Assembly: GCA_000146045.2 (NCBI GenBank)
Contig: BK006949.2
Span: 608,001-672,000, forward strand
DNA: 64,000 nucleotides
Reading direction: 5' to 3'
Source: TPA_inf: Saccharomyces
Lineage: Eukaryota
Shown here in pieces: positions 38,448 to 49,528 of this stretch. The position numbers and the translations under genes were made by a program. The notes below the pieces were generated by a model that worked only from the letters and a program-made list of their open reading frames with translations, was not told where the DNA came from and ran no database searches. Position 1 is the stretch's first letter. Every line of letters starts with the position of its first letter.

Positions 38448-39038
38448 TCAACCGTGCTGTTTAGCCTCCTTCTCGAGAGACACGCGTTTACCGTCGCTGT
38501 CACTACATCCACAATCGTAGTCCTCCAGGATGGTAGCACAGTCATATATGTCTTTCTTTAGGTATTCGTTCACCTTGTTGTGAATGTGGCATCCCCACAT
38601 TGCGGCAGCCGTCCTGCTAGATGTCTGTACGGGATACTTCTCAATCAACTTTACAAAGTGATATGAACATTCCCCGCATGGATAGAGTTCTGCATACAAC
38701 CCAATAAACGTGTGCAGTTTCTCTCTTTCTTCAGGAGTAGGCTCGTCCGGAAAACGGGCCAGCAGGGTATGGAAGTACTTCCACGACGCCCTGCCCACTT
38801 CCTTCTTCACCTTGTCATCGCCCATCAATGGCATAATGGTTTGCTTCTCGATCTCTTTCAACCGAGCGTCGTTCTTCTCAGCAGCCGCCCCTTGCACTTC
38901 ATCTATACCAGACTTCGCCTTGATTAGGCCCGGCGTAGCGATGGATAGTTCATTAGACGAGAAAAACATCCACAGGCCTATGATTCCTAATGCTGCAACT
39001 ATTCTGATGGCATGGCTTCTTTTGACTATCTGTTTCAT
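38448..39038 (-). CDS. ERV2: Erv2, ER lumenal FAD-linked sulfhydryl oxidase of the Erv1/ALR family (196 aa)
   Basis: N-terminal signal-anchor, Erv/ALR domain with a CGEC active-site pair (YPCGECSYHF) and a C-terminal CGC shuttle motif (DCGCSDSDGK). Confidence 0.93.
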   Translation of the reverse strand: MKQIVKRSHAIRIVAALGIIGLWMFFSSNELSIATPGLIKAKSGIDEVQGAAAEKNDARLKEIEKQTIMPLMGDDKVKKEVGRASWKYFHTLLARFPDEPTPEEREKLHTFIGLYAELYPCGECSYHFVKLIEKYPVQTSSRTAAAMWGCHIHNKVNEYLKKDIYDCATILEDYDCGCSDSDGKRVSLEKEAKQHG

Positions 39039-39304
39039 CCCTTCGTTCCTTGCACAATCTGTCCAGACTTTCCTCTTTACAAATCACCAGCCTTCCCGTC
39101 TTCTTGTCTTCATCACCCACGTTTATTGTTTAATGATAAAGCCTTTTGTCCTTTATTTTTGGTTCCTTTTCCCGCTTCGTTTACCCGGTGGTTAACCTTT
39201 CTCTTCCATCTTGTAATATATAATAACAAAATGCATCACCATACTTACGCACCCCATATACATGACCTAAGGGCAGCTTTAGACACAACAGCTCCCCAGA
39301 AAAA

Positions 39305-40375
39305 ATGTCCAAAAGAAACACTCCACCGCTCAGATCATCAGGGATAAACACTATTCAAATAAATGCTGCTAGAGAAATGCACGCTCAAACGGTGCGCGCT
39401 CGAAGAATGCCCATGCCAACTAGCGGCATCACTACACCCTCTGTGCAACCAACTGCAGCCCCAGCAACACCACCTCGACATATTTGCAATAACCCAAACA
39501 ATCCGCAGTGTCTCCACTGTGGGTCTGTTATCATTCCATCTCCAAGGGCCACGTTACCCTTGGAGGACAACCCCTCCATCTCCATCAACGACTGGACCAT
39601 CTCCTCCAGAAAGAAGCCCATTTTGAACTCGCAGGAATTAGACATCTGGGAAAACGAAAAACTCAAAGGTTTGACTTTGCCAGAGATGATTTTTGGTAAC
39701 AACTACATCAGGATCGAAAATTCAAAACAGCATTGGTCCATAGAGTTCAATGCCCTGGATGCTTTAAAGGAGGTTCAACTCCAGGATTCAGGTATTCGTG
39801 TTGCGTACTCAAACGACTGGATAAATTCTAAAAAAAGACAAAATTCAACTAATGGTGCGCAACGGTTCACTAACGATGTGAACGACGATTCCTTAAATAT
39901 CATACACAAGTACGACTGGACCTACACTACGCGGTATAAGGGCACAGAGAGCTCACCTGAGTCGAAATTCCGACTGGATAACGATCAAAAGCTGCCCCTT
40001 GACAAACTGGCCGTACACGATAAAATCCTATTCTATGACGACATGATTCTTTTCGAAGACGAATTGGCAGACAATGGCATATCAATCCTTAACGTCAAAA
40101 TAAGAGTTATGAACGAAAGGTTACTGCTGCTGAGCCGGTTCTTTTTAAGGGTGGACGATGTTCTGGTGAGGGTCTACGACACCAGGATTTACGTGGAGTT
40201 TGACGAAAACGTAGTGATCAGAGAATCCAAGGAATTTGAAGGTAAATATCAGGATGTACTTGCTAAGCACCGGCTATCCCAATCTCACGACCCAAAAGCT
40301 GCCTTGAGAGATAGTAATTGGGTAGCACAGAACACGCCGATGATCAAAAGACAATGTGAAATAATTCAGTTCTAA
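39305..40375 (+). CDS. TIP41: Tip41, Tap42-interacting regulator of PP2A-like phosphatases (356 aa)
   Basis: 356-aa ORF with a TIP41-family C-terminal domain. Length matches. Confidence 0.9.
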   Translation: MSKRNTPPLRSSGINTIQINAAREMHAQTVRARRMPMPTSGITTPSVQPTAAPATPPRHICNNPNNPQCLHCGSVIIPSPRATLPLEDNPSISINDWTISSRKKPILNSQELDIWENEKLKGLTLPEMIFGNNYIRIENSKQHWSIEFNALDALKEVQLQDSGIRVAYSNDWINSKKRQNSTNGAQRFTNDVNDDSLNIIHKYDWTYTTRYKGTESSPESKFRLDNDQKLPLDKLAVHDKILFYDDMILFEDELADNGISILNVKIRVMNERLLLLSRFFLRVDDVLVRVYDTRIYVEFDENVVIRESKEFEGKYQDVLAKHRLSQSHDPKAALRDSNWVAQNTPMIKRQCEIIQF

Positions 40376-40703
40376 CAATCAAATATACAAAACAATACGT
40401 ACAAATACATACACGTCACATATACATAAGCTCCGGATACATCATACAAGAAATGATCTTAAAATCATGCTCTTACCCGTTCTGTAAATAGTGAAAAATT
40501 TTCATCGCGAAGTATGAACGAAAAAAAAAAAAGAAAATAGATGAACTTTTAGCATTTAATTAGTGGCAAACGCCTACCCCTCCTTCCCACTTTGCTGACT
40601 TACAAAGACACCACTACATTAAAGAGTATCTCGTGTGTTCTTCTTTTTTTTCCAAAAAAAAAAACTCCTATTATTTGCATAAACACACGTTCACTGGTAC
40701 AAG

Positions 40704-41921
40704 ATGTCTATTAATATTTGTAGAGATAATCATGATCCATTTTACCGTTACAAAATGCCTCCCATCCAAGCCAAGGTGGAAGGTAGAGGTAACGGTATCA
40801 AGACTGCCGTTTTGAACGTCGCTGACATCTCTCACGCGCTAAATAGACCTGCTCCATATATTGTCAAGTATTTTGGTTTCGAATTAGGTGCTCAAACTTC
40901 CATCTCTGTTGACAAAGATCGTTATTTAGTTAATGGTGTTCACGAACCTGCCAAATTGCAAGACGTATTGGATGGCTTTATTAACAAGTTTGTTCTCTGT
41001 GGAAGCTGTAAAAATCCAGAAACGGAGATCATCATTACCAAAGATAATGATTTGGTTCGAGACTGTAAAGCCTGTGGTAAGAGAACTCCAATGGACTTGA
41101 GACATAAACTATCATCCTTCATTTTGAAAAACCCACCTGACTCCGTTTCTGGTTCCAAGAAGAAGAAGAAAGCAGCTACCGCTTCGGCCAATGTTCGTGG
41201 TGGTGGGTTGTCCATTAGTGATATTGCTCAAGGTAAGTCTCAGAATGCACCTTCAGATGGCACCGGCTCATCCACTCCACAACATCATGACGAAGACGAA
41301 GATGAATTATCTCGTCAAATCAAGGCGGCTGCCTCTACCTTAGAAGATATCGAGGTCAAAGATGACGAATGGGCGGTTGATATGTCTGAAGAAGCCATTA
41401 GAGCTCGTGCCAAGGAACTAGAAGTGAACTCTGAGCTCACTCAACTGGATGAATATGGTGAATGGATTTTGGAGCAGGCTGGTGAAGATAAGGAGAACTT
41501 ACCATCAGATGTGGAGCTTTATAAGAAGGCTGCAGAACTAGACGTCTTGAATGATCCAAAAATTGGTTGTGTCTTGGCGCAATGTCTATTCGATGAGGAT
41601 ATCGTAAACGAAATCGCTGAACATAATGCATTTTTCACTAAAATTTTAGTCACTCCAGAATACGAAAAGAACTTTATGGGTGGTATTGAAAGATTTTTAG
41701 GTTTAGAACATAAGGATCTAATCCCACTATTACCAAAAATTTTGGTACAACTATACAATAATGATATCATCTCGGAAGAAGAAATCATGAGATTTGGTAC
41801 CAAATCATCCAAGAAATTTGTACCTAAGGAGGTATCCAAAAAGGTTCGTAGGGCTGCTAAGCCATTCATTACGTGGTTAGAAACCGCTGAAAGTGACGAT
41901 GATGAAGAAGACGACGAATAG
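40704..41921 (+). CDS. TIF5: Tif5, translation initiation factor eIF5, GTPase-activating protein for eIF2 (405 aa)
   Basis: N-terminal eIF5/eIF2beta zinc ribbon (CGSCKNPETEII...CKACG), K-box, and a C-terminal W2 domain with an acidic tail (DDDEEDDE). Confidence 0.95.
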   Translation: MSINICRDNHDPFYRYKMPPIQAKVEGRGNGIKTAVLNVADISHALNRPAPYIVKYFGFELGAQTSISVDKDRYLVNGVHEPAKLQDVLDGFINKFVLCGSCKNPETEIIITKDNDLVRDCKACGKRTPMDLRHKLSSFILKNPPDSVSGSKKKKKAATASANVRGGGLSISDIAQGKSQNAPSDGTGSSTPQHHDEDEDELSRQIKAAASTLEDIEVKDDEWAVDMSEEAIRARAKELEVNSELTQLDEYGEWILEQAGEDKENLPSDVELYKKAAELDVLNDPKIGCVLAQCLFDEDIVNEIAEHNAFFTKILVTPEYEKNFMGGIERFLGLEHKDLIPLLPKILVQLYNNDIISEEEIMRFGTKSSKKFVPKEVSKKVRRAAKPFITWLETAESDDDEEDDE

Positions 41922-42434
41922 CTTAGGAGGGGGCAAAAGACTTATGTGTAAATTATTATATGACATGGCGTAAGATAAGGATTATGTTCTGTTGTTTTTG
42001 AGCTCGTTGATGTATAGATATGTAAATATTTATAAATATAATATTTCTTCCAAGTGCGACATACTTGGTACTGGCAAAAAACAAAGATGAGACTTTTAAA
42101 GCCACTGATTGATTGATTAATTATTAAGTAAAAAAAAAAAAATAAAATGTCGGTGTAATTTGGCTCCACGATCGCATGCGTATACATAACATGAGATTAC
42201 CGAAGATTTTTCTGAAAGGTAATGCATTATATTATAATCATTAATAGAAGTAGAGCCTAAAGCCTGTTGAAAACTTGTACAATAGAGGAAAAAAAAAGGG
42301 TCATTAATCGTCATGTTTACCTAAGAGCGTCTAAACTTTTTGGTATTCTTCTGGGGTAAACGTAAAAACATTGCACCAAGGGCAAAATTGAAAAAAAAAA
42401 AAGTTTAATAGAACAGAATGATTAAAATCATTAG

Positions 42435-42502
42435 CTAATATCCGTATGACCTGTAGCGGTACAAACTTGTATCATTATTATTATTATTATTACTATTATT
42501 AC

Positions 42503-42545
<43 letters not shown>

Positions 42546-45500
42546 GTTATTGTTATTATTATTGTTATCATTATCATTATTGTTGTAGTTATTGGTATTA
42601 TTATTGTTATTATGACTCACTGAGCGGCTTAGAGGATTCATTTGACTCGAATAACCAGAATTATTATAATTGTTATTATTATTACTTACATTTGGTAAGT
42701 TAACTATAGGTAGGGATAAATTTGTTCCATTAGCAATTCTAAATGAATCAAATTGTGAATTCAATTCATCTAATCCGTTAGAATTACCGTTCTGATTTTG
42801 ATTTTGATTTCCGGAGTACACCACTTGTTGATTGTTGAAGTAGGAATTTATTTCACTCATCGGGGCTGGGTTAAAGTTCAATGCTGGCGTTGGACCTGCA
42901 TTGTTCATTTGTATAACGCTATTATGCCTTGAATTTGAACTTCTCACACTGGAAACAGAAACGCCTCTGGCGCGACCAGGAGAATGAAACCCCTGAGGAT
43001 GCTGTTTACGATGATTCTTGGAGGATTGTTTGGGTGATATTCCTGCTGATGATAGCCCAACTTCCTCCAGTAACTGGCGACTTTGTAAATTGATATTGGA
43101 ATTTAAAATCAGTTGACGAATCTTTGTTATAGCTTCATCTCTAACGCTATTGTCAAGAATTCTCGAGGTTAAAACCTTATAAATAAATGTTGGACCATAA
43201 TTACCCTCATCTAGTATCTGGAACAAGATAGAATCACTAGAAATTGGACCATCAAATATTGCATGGATAATTTTATTCTTCGACAGTGCCTCTTCTTCAC
43301 CACCTCTTAAATTGAGAATCTTTAAGACAGTAAGAGAGCCTAATTTATGACAACATAGTTTAACCAGATTTTTATTTACCAGTTTATCACATAAAATCAA
43401 GTTCTTGTTAGGTAAAGTGCAAGTATCCAATAGCCAAGTGATCAGTAAAGTGCCATTCGTATCCGTAGCTAGATAAGGAGAAAGCACAATTATCAGTGAA
43501 GTGATAGTCAGCAATTGGCATTGGGTAATAATGGAATCTGCTTCTAGACAAGCCCTTACAGCACGAGATCCATACCTGTTTTGAACTATTGTCCAAAAAT
43601 GAGATAAAACGCTTTCAAAAATGAAACTATTCCAGGGAAAACCAAACTTTAAAATACCTTGAATAACATAATTTCCAAACTGGTCGTTGAAGAGTGGAGT
43701 ACAGTAATCGCTTACACCTGAAGTTACAAGATTTATCTGCCTTGGCGTGTTTGCCATTTTGATGATCTTCTGACAAACCCAAGTACCGTTTTTGTGAACA
43801 CCCATAGATGTGAGATATTTATTACACTTCCTCAACATAATATCCCTGATGATATTTGACGAGTTTTCAAACAATTTTTGAATAACGGTATTACCCAAAT
43901 AGTCTGAACTTAATTCTGGTAATTGGTCCAGCATGACGATTGCCAATTGCTCCATTTCAATAGTAGATAATGAGTTCGAGTCAAACTGCTTTCTCAGTTC
44001 CCGCAATTTTGGTGCATCGAACGTATCCTTTCTCTTTGGAACTTTGGAGTTGTGCTCAGGCAGGGGACCAAAATAATTTGTATCAGACACTCCTTTATTT
44101 TTCAAGGCATTCTGCAAGAGATGATTCAACTCTAGATGATCATATTCTAACTTAAAAGAACTTATAGTGTGTAATATATCCTTTTTACTATCCGATAATG
44201 ATGGTGGAGGCAACGGGAAAGGGTAAGGTTCATTTTCGTTTGAAGATAATTGCAGATGGCTCAAATTCTGAGTGGGATTACAATATGTAAGATTTGGTTG
44301 ATTAAATGAAGTTGGTTGTTGTTGTAGCTCCGGCTGTTGTAGCGATTGTTGCAGCTGATAATTGAGCACCCCGTGATTCAACTGTTCTTGCAACAGCGGT
44401 TGCTTGGGAGTGTTGTTGAAGCCATTAACGTTAAGAGGTTGTTCATACATGGGTAAGACTCGCGCAAAAGATACCGTACTTGGTGCCCCTACTTTAGACA
44501 GTTCCTTACCTTGTAGAGCTTCCAAAGCACATATTGCACTTTCAACTGTGGAAAACTCTACTAATGCCATATTCAGGCCTCTTAGTGTCCTCGCAGAAAG
44601 CACTTTACCATACTGTGAACATAAAGTCGCTAAGGAAGTACTCGTCAAATTTACAGCGTTCTGTTGATGTTGTTGAGTAGGCTGTAATGGAAACACGTTT
44701 GAAATAGATATTGTGTTAGTGGGCAAAAGCGCCGATATTTGATTGACTAGTGGTACTTTTTGGTTTGCTGTAATCCAATTTATCGAGGCTGGATCGACGT
44801 CATCAAGGATAACAGGGGATATTGAAGTACTTTTTGGAACTCTAGGAGGCACTTGAACCTGGTAATTCTGTGCAGGCTGTTGATAGTAGGGCGCGTCAGT
44901 ATAAACCCTGTTTGTGGTAGATTGAGATTGAGAGCGCTGCCTGTTAACTATCGGAGTATTAAGGTGGTCAGTGTTACTATTTCCTGCACTCGACCATATG
45001 TTTGGATTCCCATTTTTCTCCAGAAAACTGTTTAGTTGAGCTGTTTGAGGCAGCGTATAATTATCAGTGGACTTGAATCTAGTCAATGGCTCAAAATAAG
45101 AAGTGGCGAGAGGATAATCAAACAAAGGACTGGAAGAAGTATTACTTTCTGCATTAGCACTCCAAATATTTGCACTCGTGGCATTGCCCACATCAGTAGT
45201 CAAAGAAGAACTTGCAGTGATCTGAGAAGATACTGTGTTATTTCTTGTTCTTGTTCTGGTCGTAGTAGACTGTAATGACAGCGGAGTAGCCACCGTAAAA
45301 GAATCGCTAGACACTCTGGGAGCGTATGTCGTGGAATTTAAACTGTCTGGAGTACTGCTCGTAGGAGGCACAACAACTACAGGGGTACTCTTCTTTGAAT
45401 GGTGTAGCTTAGCGCTAATCGAAGGGAGTAGATTGGTTAGAGTATCTGAAAACCTGCCCGCACGAGTACGATAGGAGCCAATTTTCTGTGGGGAAGTGGA

Positions 45501-45662
45501 GCTAGAACGACCTCTCTTGTCAGAGACTCTCACAGAACGAGCATTTGTATTCATGCGTGTATCATTTCTAATATCCTCTTCATAAATTGGAATTGTAATT
45601 CCAGGATCTATAACCTCAGGAATGTTGGATAGGTTACCGTTATACAGTCTTTTGTTGTCCAT
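42435..45662 (-). CDS. PUF2: Puf2, Pumilio-family mRNA-binding protein with an RRM and a C-terminal poly-Asn tract (1075 aa)
   Basis: RRM (LVEFSTVESAICALEALQGKEL), six Pumilio repeats, and a long N-rich C-terminus encoded by the AAT microsatellite. Length matches Puf2. Confidence 0.93.
42474..42612. repeat. Imperfect (AAT)n microsatellite, about 140 bp, read as (ATT)n/(TTA)n on the plus strand. It encodes the Puf2 poly-N/Y-interrupted tract.
   Basis: Direct inspection shows ttattattattattactattattactattattatta... with occasional ACT/GTT interruptions. Confidence 0.9.
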
Positions 45663-46165
45663 CAGAATTCAGAAAACAGTAGCAAGGGACAGCGATAGTA
45701 GATATATCTCTCTAACAATGAATATACACTTAAGCTAGTAACAAATAATTGAATGGTTAGTATAGAGGAAAGTAAGTTATGCCGTTGCTCTGTGCCATTC
45801 AGCAGTATATGCACCATCGCTTGCTCTTTCGAGGGGTGGTTTCATACTATTTCACAATTTTTTTACTTAGTTCTTTTTTGGAACAACAGCCGGGTTACCA
45901 AAAGATCTCAAACGAAACTAAGACTGTTCAAATTTTCAAAGAATCCGTACATTTAGAAATTTTTTTTTTTTCCGCAAGAAATATCCTTGCTTTTTTTCAC
46001 TTTTGTTAACTTTTTCTAACGCAACGCACGAGGCGGCTCACTCAGTGTTATGTGAGATATTGGGCTATATGGGATGTTAGAGTTAGGTATCATATATAGT
46101 ATTTGGCACGCCTTTTTTTAGTTCAGACAGTAGTAGCAAACAACAGGAAGACAACTGAGACAAAA

Positions 46166-46847
46166 ATGTATGATATATTACGCACACGATTTACCGTTTG
46201 CTTGGAGGAGTAGTGTTTCGTGATGAAATAGACTGATATAGACAGAATTCCACAGACTTTTACGATATAAAGGGAAAAACATGAAGTTGAACACCATATC
46301 TCAAATGAATAGGATCACTGTAATTCGATAGGGTACAATTATGTGAAATGTCTGCTTTATGGGAACTTTCATTCATATACCTGAAGGTGGCAAACTAGTC
46401 TTACGAAACTGTTCAGTGCAGAGATAGAATTTTGTGGAGATGCATATAGGGAAACAAAGTGGAATTTATGCTTGTATAATCACCAATTCGAAACACTAAA
46501 CCTCGACCTATTTAGAATTTCCTTCAAGATTTACTAACATATTTTGATATTTTTTCTTTTTTGAATACAGGGCTAAAAGAACTAAGAAGGTTGGTATCAC
46601 TGGTAAGTACGGTGTCCGTTATGGTTCCTCTTTGAGAAGACAAGTCAAGAAGTTGGAAATCCAACAACACGCTAGATACGATTGTTCTTTCTGTGGTAAG
46701 AAGACCGTCAAGAGAGGTGCTGCTGGTATTTGGACTTGTTCCTGTTGTAAGAAGACCGTCGCTGGTGGTGCTTACACTGTCTCCACTGCTGCTGCCGCCA
46801 CCGTTAGATCTACCATCAGAAGATTGAGAGAAATGGTTGAAGCTTGA
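46166..46847 (+). CDS. RPL43A: Rpl43A, ribosomal protein eL43 (92 aa). Spliced: exon 1 46166..46167 (AT), intron 46168..46570, exon 2 46571..46847.
   Basis: Exon 2 translates (A)[90 protein letters not shown]. The first G of exon 2 completes the ATG. aaaaAT|GTATGA at 46166, branch point TACTAAC at 46532..46538, 3' splice site ..gaatacAG|G at 46570. Confidence 0.9.
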
Positions 46848-47079
46848 TTTTATTTTAATTATATGTATAAAAATCATAAAACAACTATATAATTAATTAT
46901 AACTCAAAAACTTTTCCAGTAAATGTCTGTTTTTTGGGCAGGAACAATGGCCAATAGCTCACGTACTGTTCGTGGGGGCCTTAAGCCTGGTATCTAGGCT
47001 CTGATTTCCAGAAGAAAGTGACATCGATGAATGCACTCAAGAGATTTTATGTGTTGTGAATATGTATATATTTATTTAG

Positions 47080-47100
47080 AAAAAAAAAAAAAAAAAAAAA
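47080..47100 (+). repeat. 21-nt homopolymeric poly(dA:dT) tract between the convergent 3' ends of RPL43A and THP3
   Basis: Direct reading of the 21-A run at 47080..47100. Confidence 0.9.
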
Positions 47101-47139
47101 CCAAAATCATATACCTTAGGCATCCCGTTTCCCTCTTCA

Positions 47140-48552
47140 TCATTTTTGTCCCTTTATATCAATTTTTTTAGACTTCATATAATTTTGTATCAACTGTACC
47201 CTACATCCCTTGGTATTCAAAATCTTGATATTACTACTTTTGCCATTACTGTCAGTGATTTGTTTGTTTAATATGAACTCCGTCAAGTTTTGCTCATTCA
47301 AGAAATTTGTTGTCTCTTCTATACTGTTGAAATTAAACTCACTTTTAACAAAATCTAAATTGACCTGGTTATAACTCTTACAAATTATGGTCAAAAATAT
47401 CAACTTTTCTAGATTTAAGAATGAATTAATTAGACATTTTTCAAATTTGTGCAGTTTTAGGTAGTTTTTCATGAAGTAGTGATAATTGCCGACTAGTTTC
47501 ATATCGCTCAACTCAAATATCATTTTGACATGTTCGTCCTCCAAGATTTCCGAAGAGCCATCGTCTATTAACTTAAGTTTTAAATGAGAAATCGACGGAT
47601 AGTCTTCGGTTAACATCGAATACAAAACAGAATAGCATATAAATTCGGAATAAGATTTTTTTGGTATTGTAGGGTTTTCGAATAACGCCATAATCCTATT
47701 TTGACATTGATTAAATTCCCCAAGATCTCCGTTCTCCAAGGCAATACGTGCATGCGTTTGGTACACTTTAATAGTGAAAGAGTTCTCGATCATTTGCACT
47801 CTTAGGTCTTGTCTCATTGATTTAAACTGGTCGCAAAGGTAAGTATAAGTGGCTGTTTTAGATTGGTATTTGTCCATTAACAAGCAATACATTTTTTGTA
47901 GAATATTTGGGGGTCTGATCAAGTCAGGATTAGGCTCTGAAGTTAGTCTCAGATAAGATTTCTCTAGAGTTTGGCAACGCCCTACCACATGAATCTTTTT
48001 GTCATATTGATGAGATTTGCTACTAATGGCATTTAGGTTGGCAAAGTCTTCATTCAAATTATCGTTACTATTCGTCGTCGCTGATGGTCCCTGACTGAAT
48101 CTTTCTGCCCTTCTCTTTCTTCTCTCTAATTCATCACTGCCACCCATTTCAACTTTCCATCCCGATGCCGAACCTACAGCACCATGCCCTACTATATTAC
48201 TGTTGCTCATTACATTGCCGGATACCCCGTTAGAAAGGGCTGATGCCTTCTTAGATACTCTTGGTAATTTCTTTTTAATGTTTTTGTTCATACGTTTTTG
48301 TAATCCCGGAAGCGGTGTTACCATCAAAGGGTTAGAAACCTGGTTGACGTTGTTCCAAGATAAACGTGGTTCTGGCAAAGGCAGAGAAGGTTGTTGATTG
48401 GCAATGAAATTATTATTATTGTATGTCAGAGAAGGGAAAGATCCGGCGTAATCTAGGGGCCTATTCAGGCTTTGGCCGAATGGTCCTCCTTGAGATGAAG
48501 CTTCCCTGTCCTCCGTGGTATTGTTAGTAAAGTGACCGTAAGGATTCTGCAT
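47140..48552 (-). CDS. THP3: Thp3, PCI/SAC3-GANP domain protein linked to transcription elongation and mRNP biogenesis (470 aa)
   Basis: 470-aa ORF with an N/Q-rich N-terminus and a C-terminal SAC3/GANP (PCI) domain. Length matches Thp3. Confidence 0.88.
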   Translation of the reverse strand: MQNPYGHFTNNTTEDREASSQGGPFGQSLNRPLDYAGSFPSLTYNNNNFIANQQPSLPLPEPRLSWNNVNQVSNPLMVTPLPGLQKRMNKNIKKKLPRVSKKASALSNGVSGNVMSNSNIVGHGAVGSASGWKVEMGGSDELERRKRRAERFSQGPSATTNSNDNLNEDFANLNAISSKSHQYDKKIHVVGRCQTLEKSYLRLTSEPNPDLIRPPNILQKMYCLLMDKYQSKTATYTYLCDQFKSMRQDLRVQMIENSFTIKVYQTHARIALENGDLGEFNQCQNRIMALFENPTIPKKSYSEFICYSVLYSMLTEDYPSISHLKLKLIDDGSSEILEDEHVKMIFELSDMKLVGNYHYFMKNYLKLHKFEKCLINSFLNLEKLIFLTIICKSYNQVNLDFVKSEFNFNSIEETTNFLNEQNLTEFILNKQITDSNGKSSNIKILNTKGCRVQLIQNYMKSKKIDIKGQK

Positions 48553-48798
48553 AATGTTATTGGAAACTCAACTACTCGCTGCCGAACGGTTCCTACTCCT
48601 TGTATTCTATGGTTTCTTTACGAGACAGCCAAATCTCTATTTTTTGTCATGTTCAGTCCTTTTTTACTCAAAAATTCCAAACCGTGAAGGATGATGCATG
48701 TTGACAATAAATGATAGCCGTCATCACATACAGTGTGCAATATCTAGATACTTCTAACCATTTCTTCCTGTCGTGGGGAGTTCATACCATTTTGACAG

Positions 48799-49344
48799 AT
48801 GACAAACAGTAGTGAAAAACAATGGGAAAGAATCCAGCAATTAGAAAAGGAGCACGTGGAGGTATATAGAGAGTTGTTGATCACGTTGGACAGGTTGTAC
48901 TTGATTAGAAAACACAATCATGCGGTAATATTAAGCCATACTCAACAGCGCCTCTTGGAAATTAGACACCAACTTCAAATTAATCTTGAAAAGACTGCTC
49001 TTCTTATTAGACTGTTGGAGAAACCGGACAATACCAATGTATTATTCACCAAGCTACAAAACCTCTTAGAAGAAAGCAATTCTCTGGACTATGAGCTCTT
49101 GCAATCGTTAGGTGCTCAATCTTCATTGCACAAACAGTTGATTGAATCAAGAGCAGAACGCGACGAATTGATGTCAAAACTGATTGAGTTATCGTCGAAG
49201 TTTCCCAAACCAACTATACCGCCAGACGACAGTGATACTGCTGGAAAACAGGTTGAGGTAGAAAAGGAAAATGAAACGATACAAGAATTGATGATTGCTT
49301 TACAGATACACTCCGGATATACAAACATATCCTACACAATTTGA
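48799..49344 (+). CDS. MCM16: Mcm16, kinetochore Ctf19/COMA-associated protein (CENP-H-like, 181 aa)
   Basis: 181-aa coiled-coil protein MTNSSEKQWERIQQLEKEHVEVYREL.... Length and position match Mcm16. Confidence 0.88.
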   Translation: MTNSSEKQWERIQQLEKEHVEVYRELLITLDRLYLIRKHNHAVILSHTQQRLLEIRHQLQINLEKTALLIRLLEKPDNTNVLFTKLQNLLEESNSLDYELLQSLGAQSSLHKQLIESRAERDELMSKLIELSSKFPKPTIPPDDSDTAGKQVEVEKENETIQELMIALQIHSGYTNISYTI

Positions 49345-49528
49345 TTTTTATCTTCTAATGCTATTTATATATTCAAATAATTTTAATACTGACAACGCTA
49401 ATAATAATAGTTACTTAATTAAGGTTTGAATCTTCGAGAAAAAAAAAAGGTAGGAAAATTAAGGAACTACTCACAAATTCAGAGAGAGAGAAGGGATAAA
49501 AAAATATCTGCCAATGGAGGTAACTTCA

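Noticed and set aside
38710-39347. Plus-strand ORFs 38710-39195 (161 aa) and 39012-39347 (111 aa)
   Set aside because: Both are antisense to ERV2 or overlap the TIP41 start. They have low-complexity translations and are dubious ORFs (YPR038W/YPR039W).
42446-42703. 85-aa plus-strand ORF consisting almost entirely of Tyr (poly-Y)
   Set aside because: It is the antisense reading of the (AAT)n microsatellite that encodes the Puf2 poly-Asn tail. It has no independent coding signal and lies inside PUF2.
45663-46165. Rap1 site in the RPL43A promoter (aatCCGTACATTT about 45935)
   Set aside because: Only a partial match to ACACCCRYACAYM. Poly-T tracts typical of ribosomal-protein promoters are present, but I could not place a convincing Rap1 or Fhl1 site by eye.
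46524-46877. 117-aa minus-strand ORF over RPL43A exon 2
   Set aside because: Antisense to a highly conserved ribosomal protein exon, with S/G/T-rich low-complexity translation. It corresponds to a dubious ORF (YPR044C).
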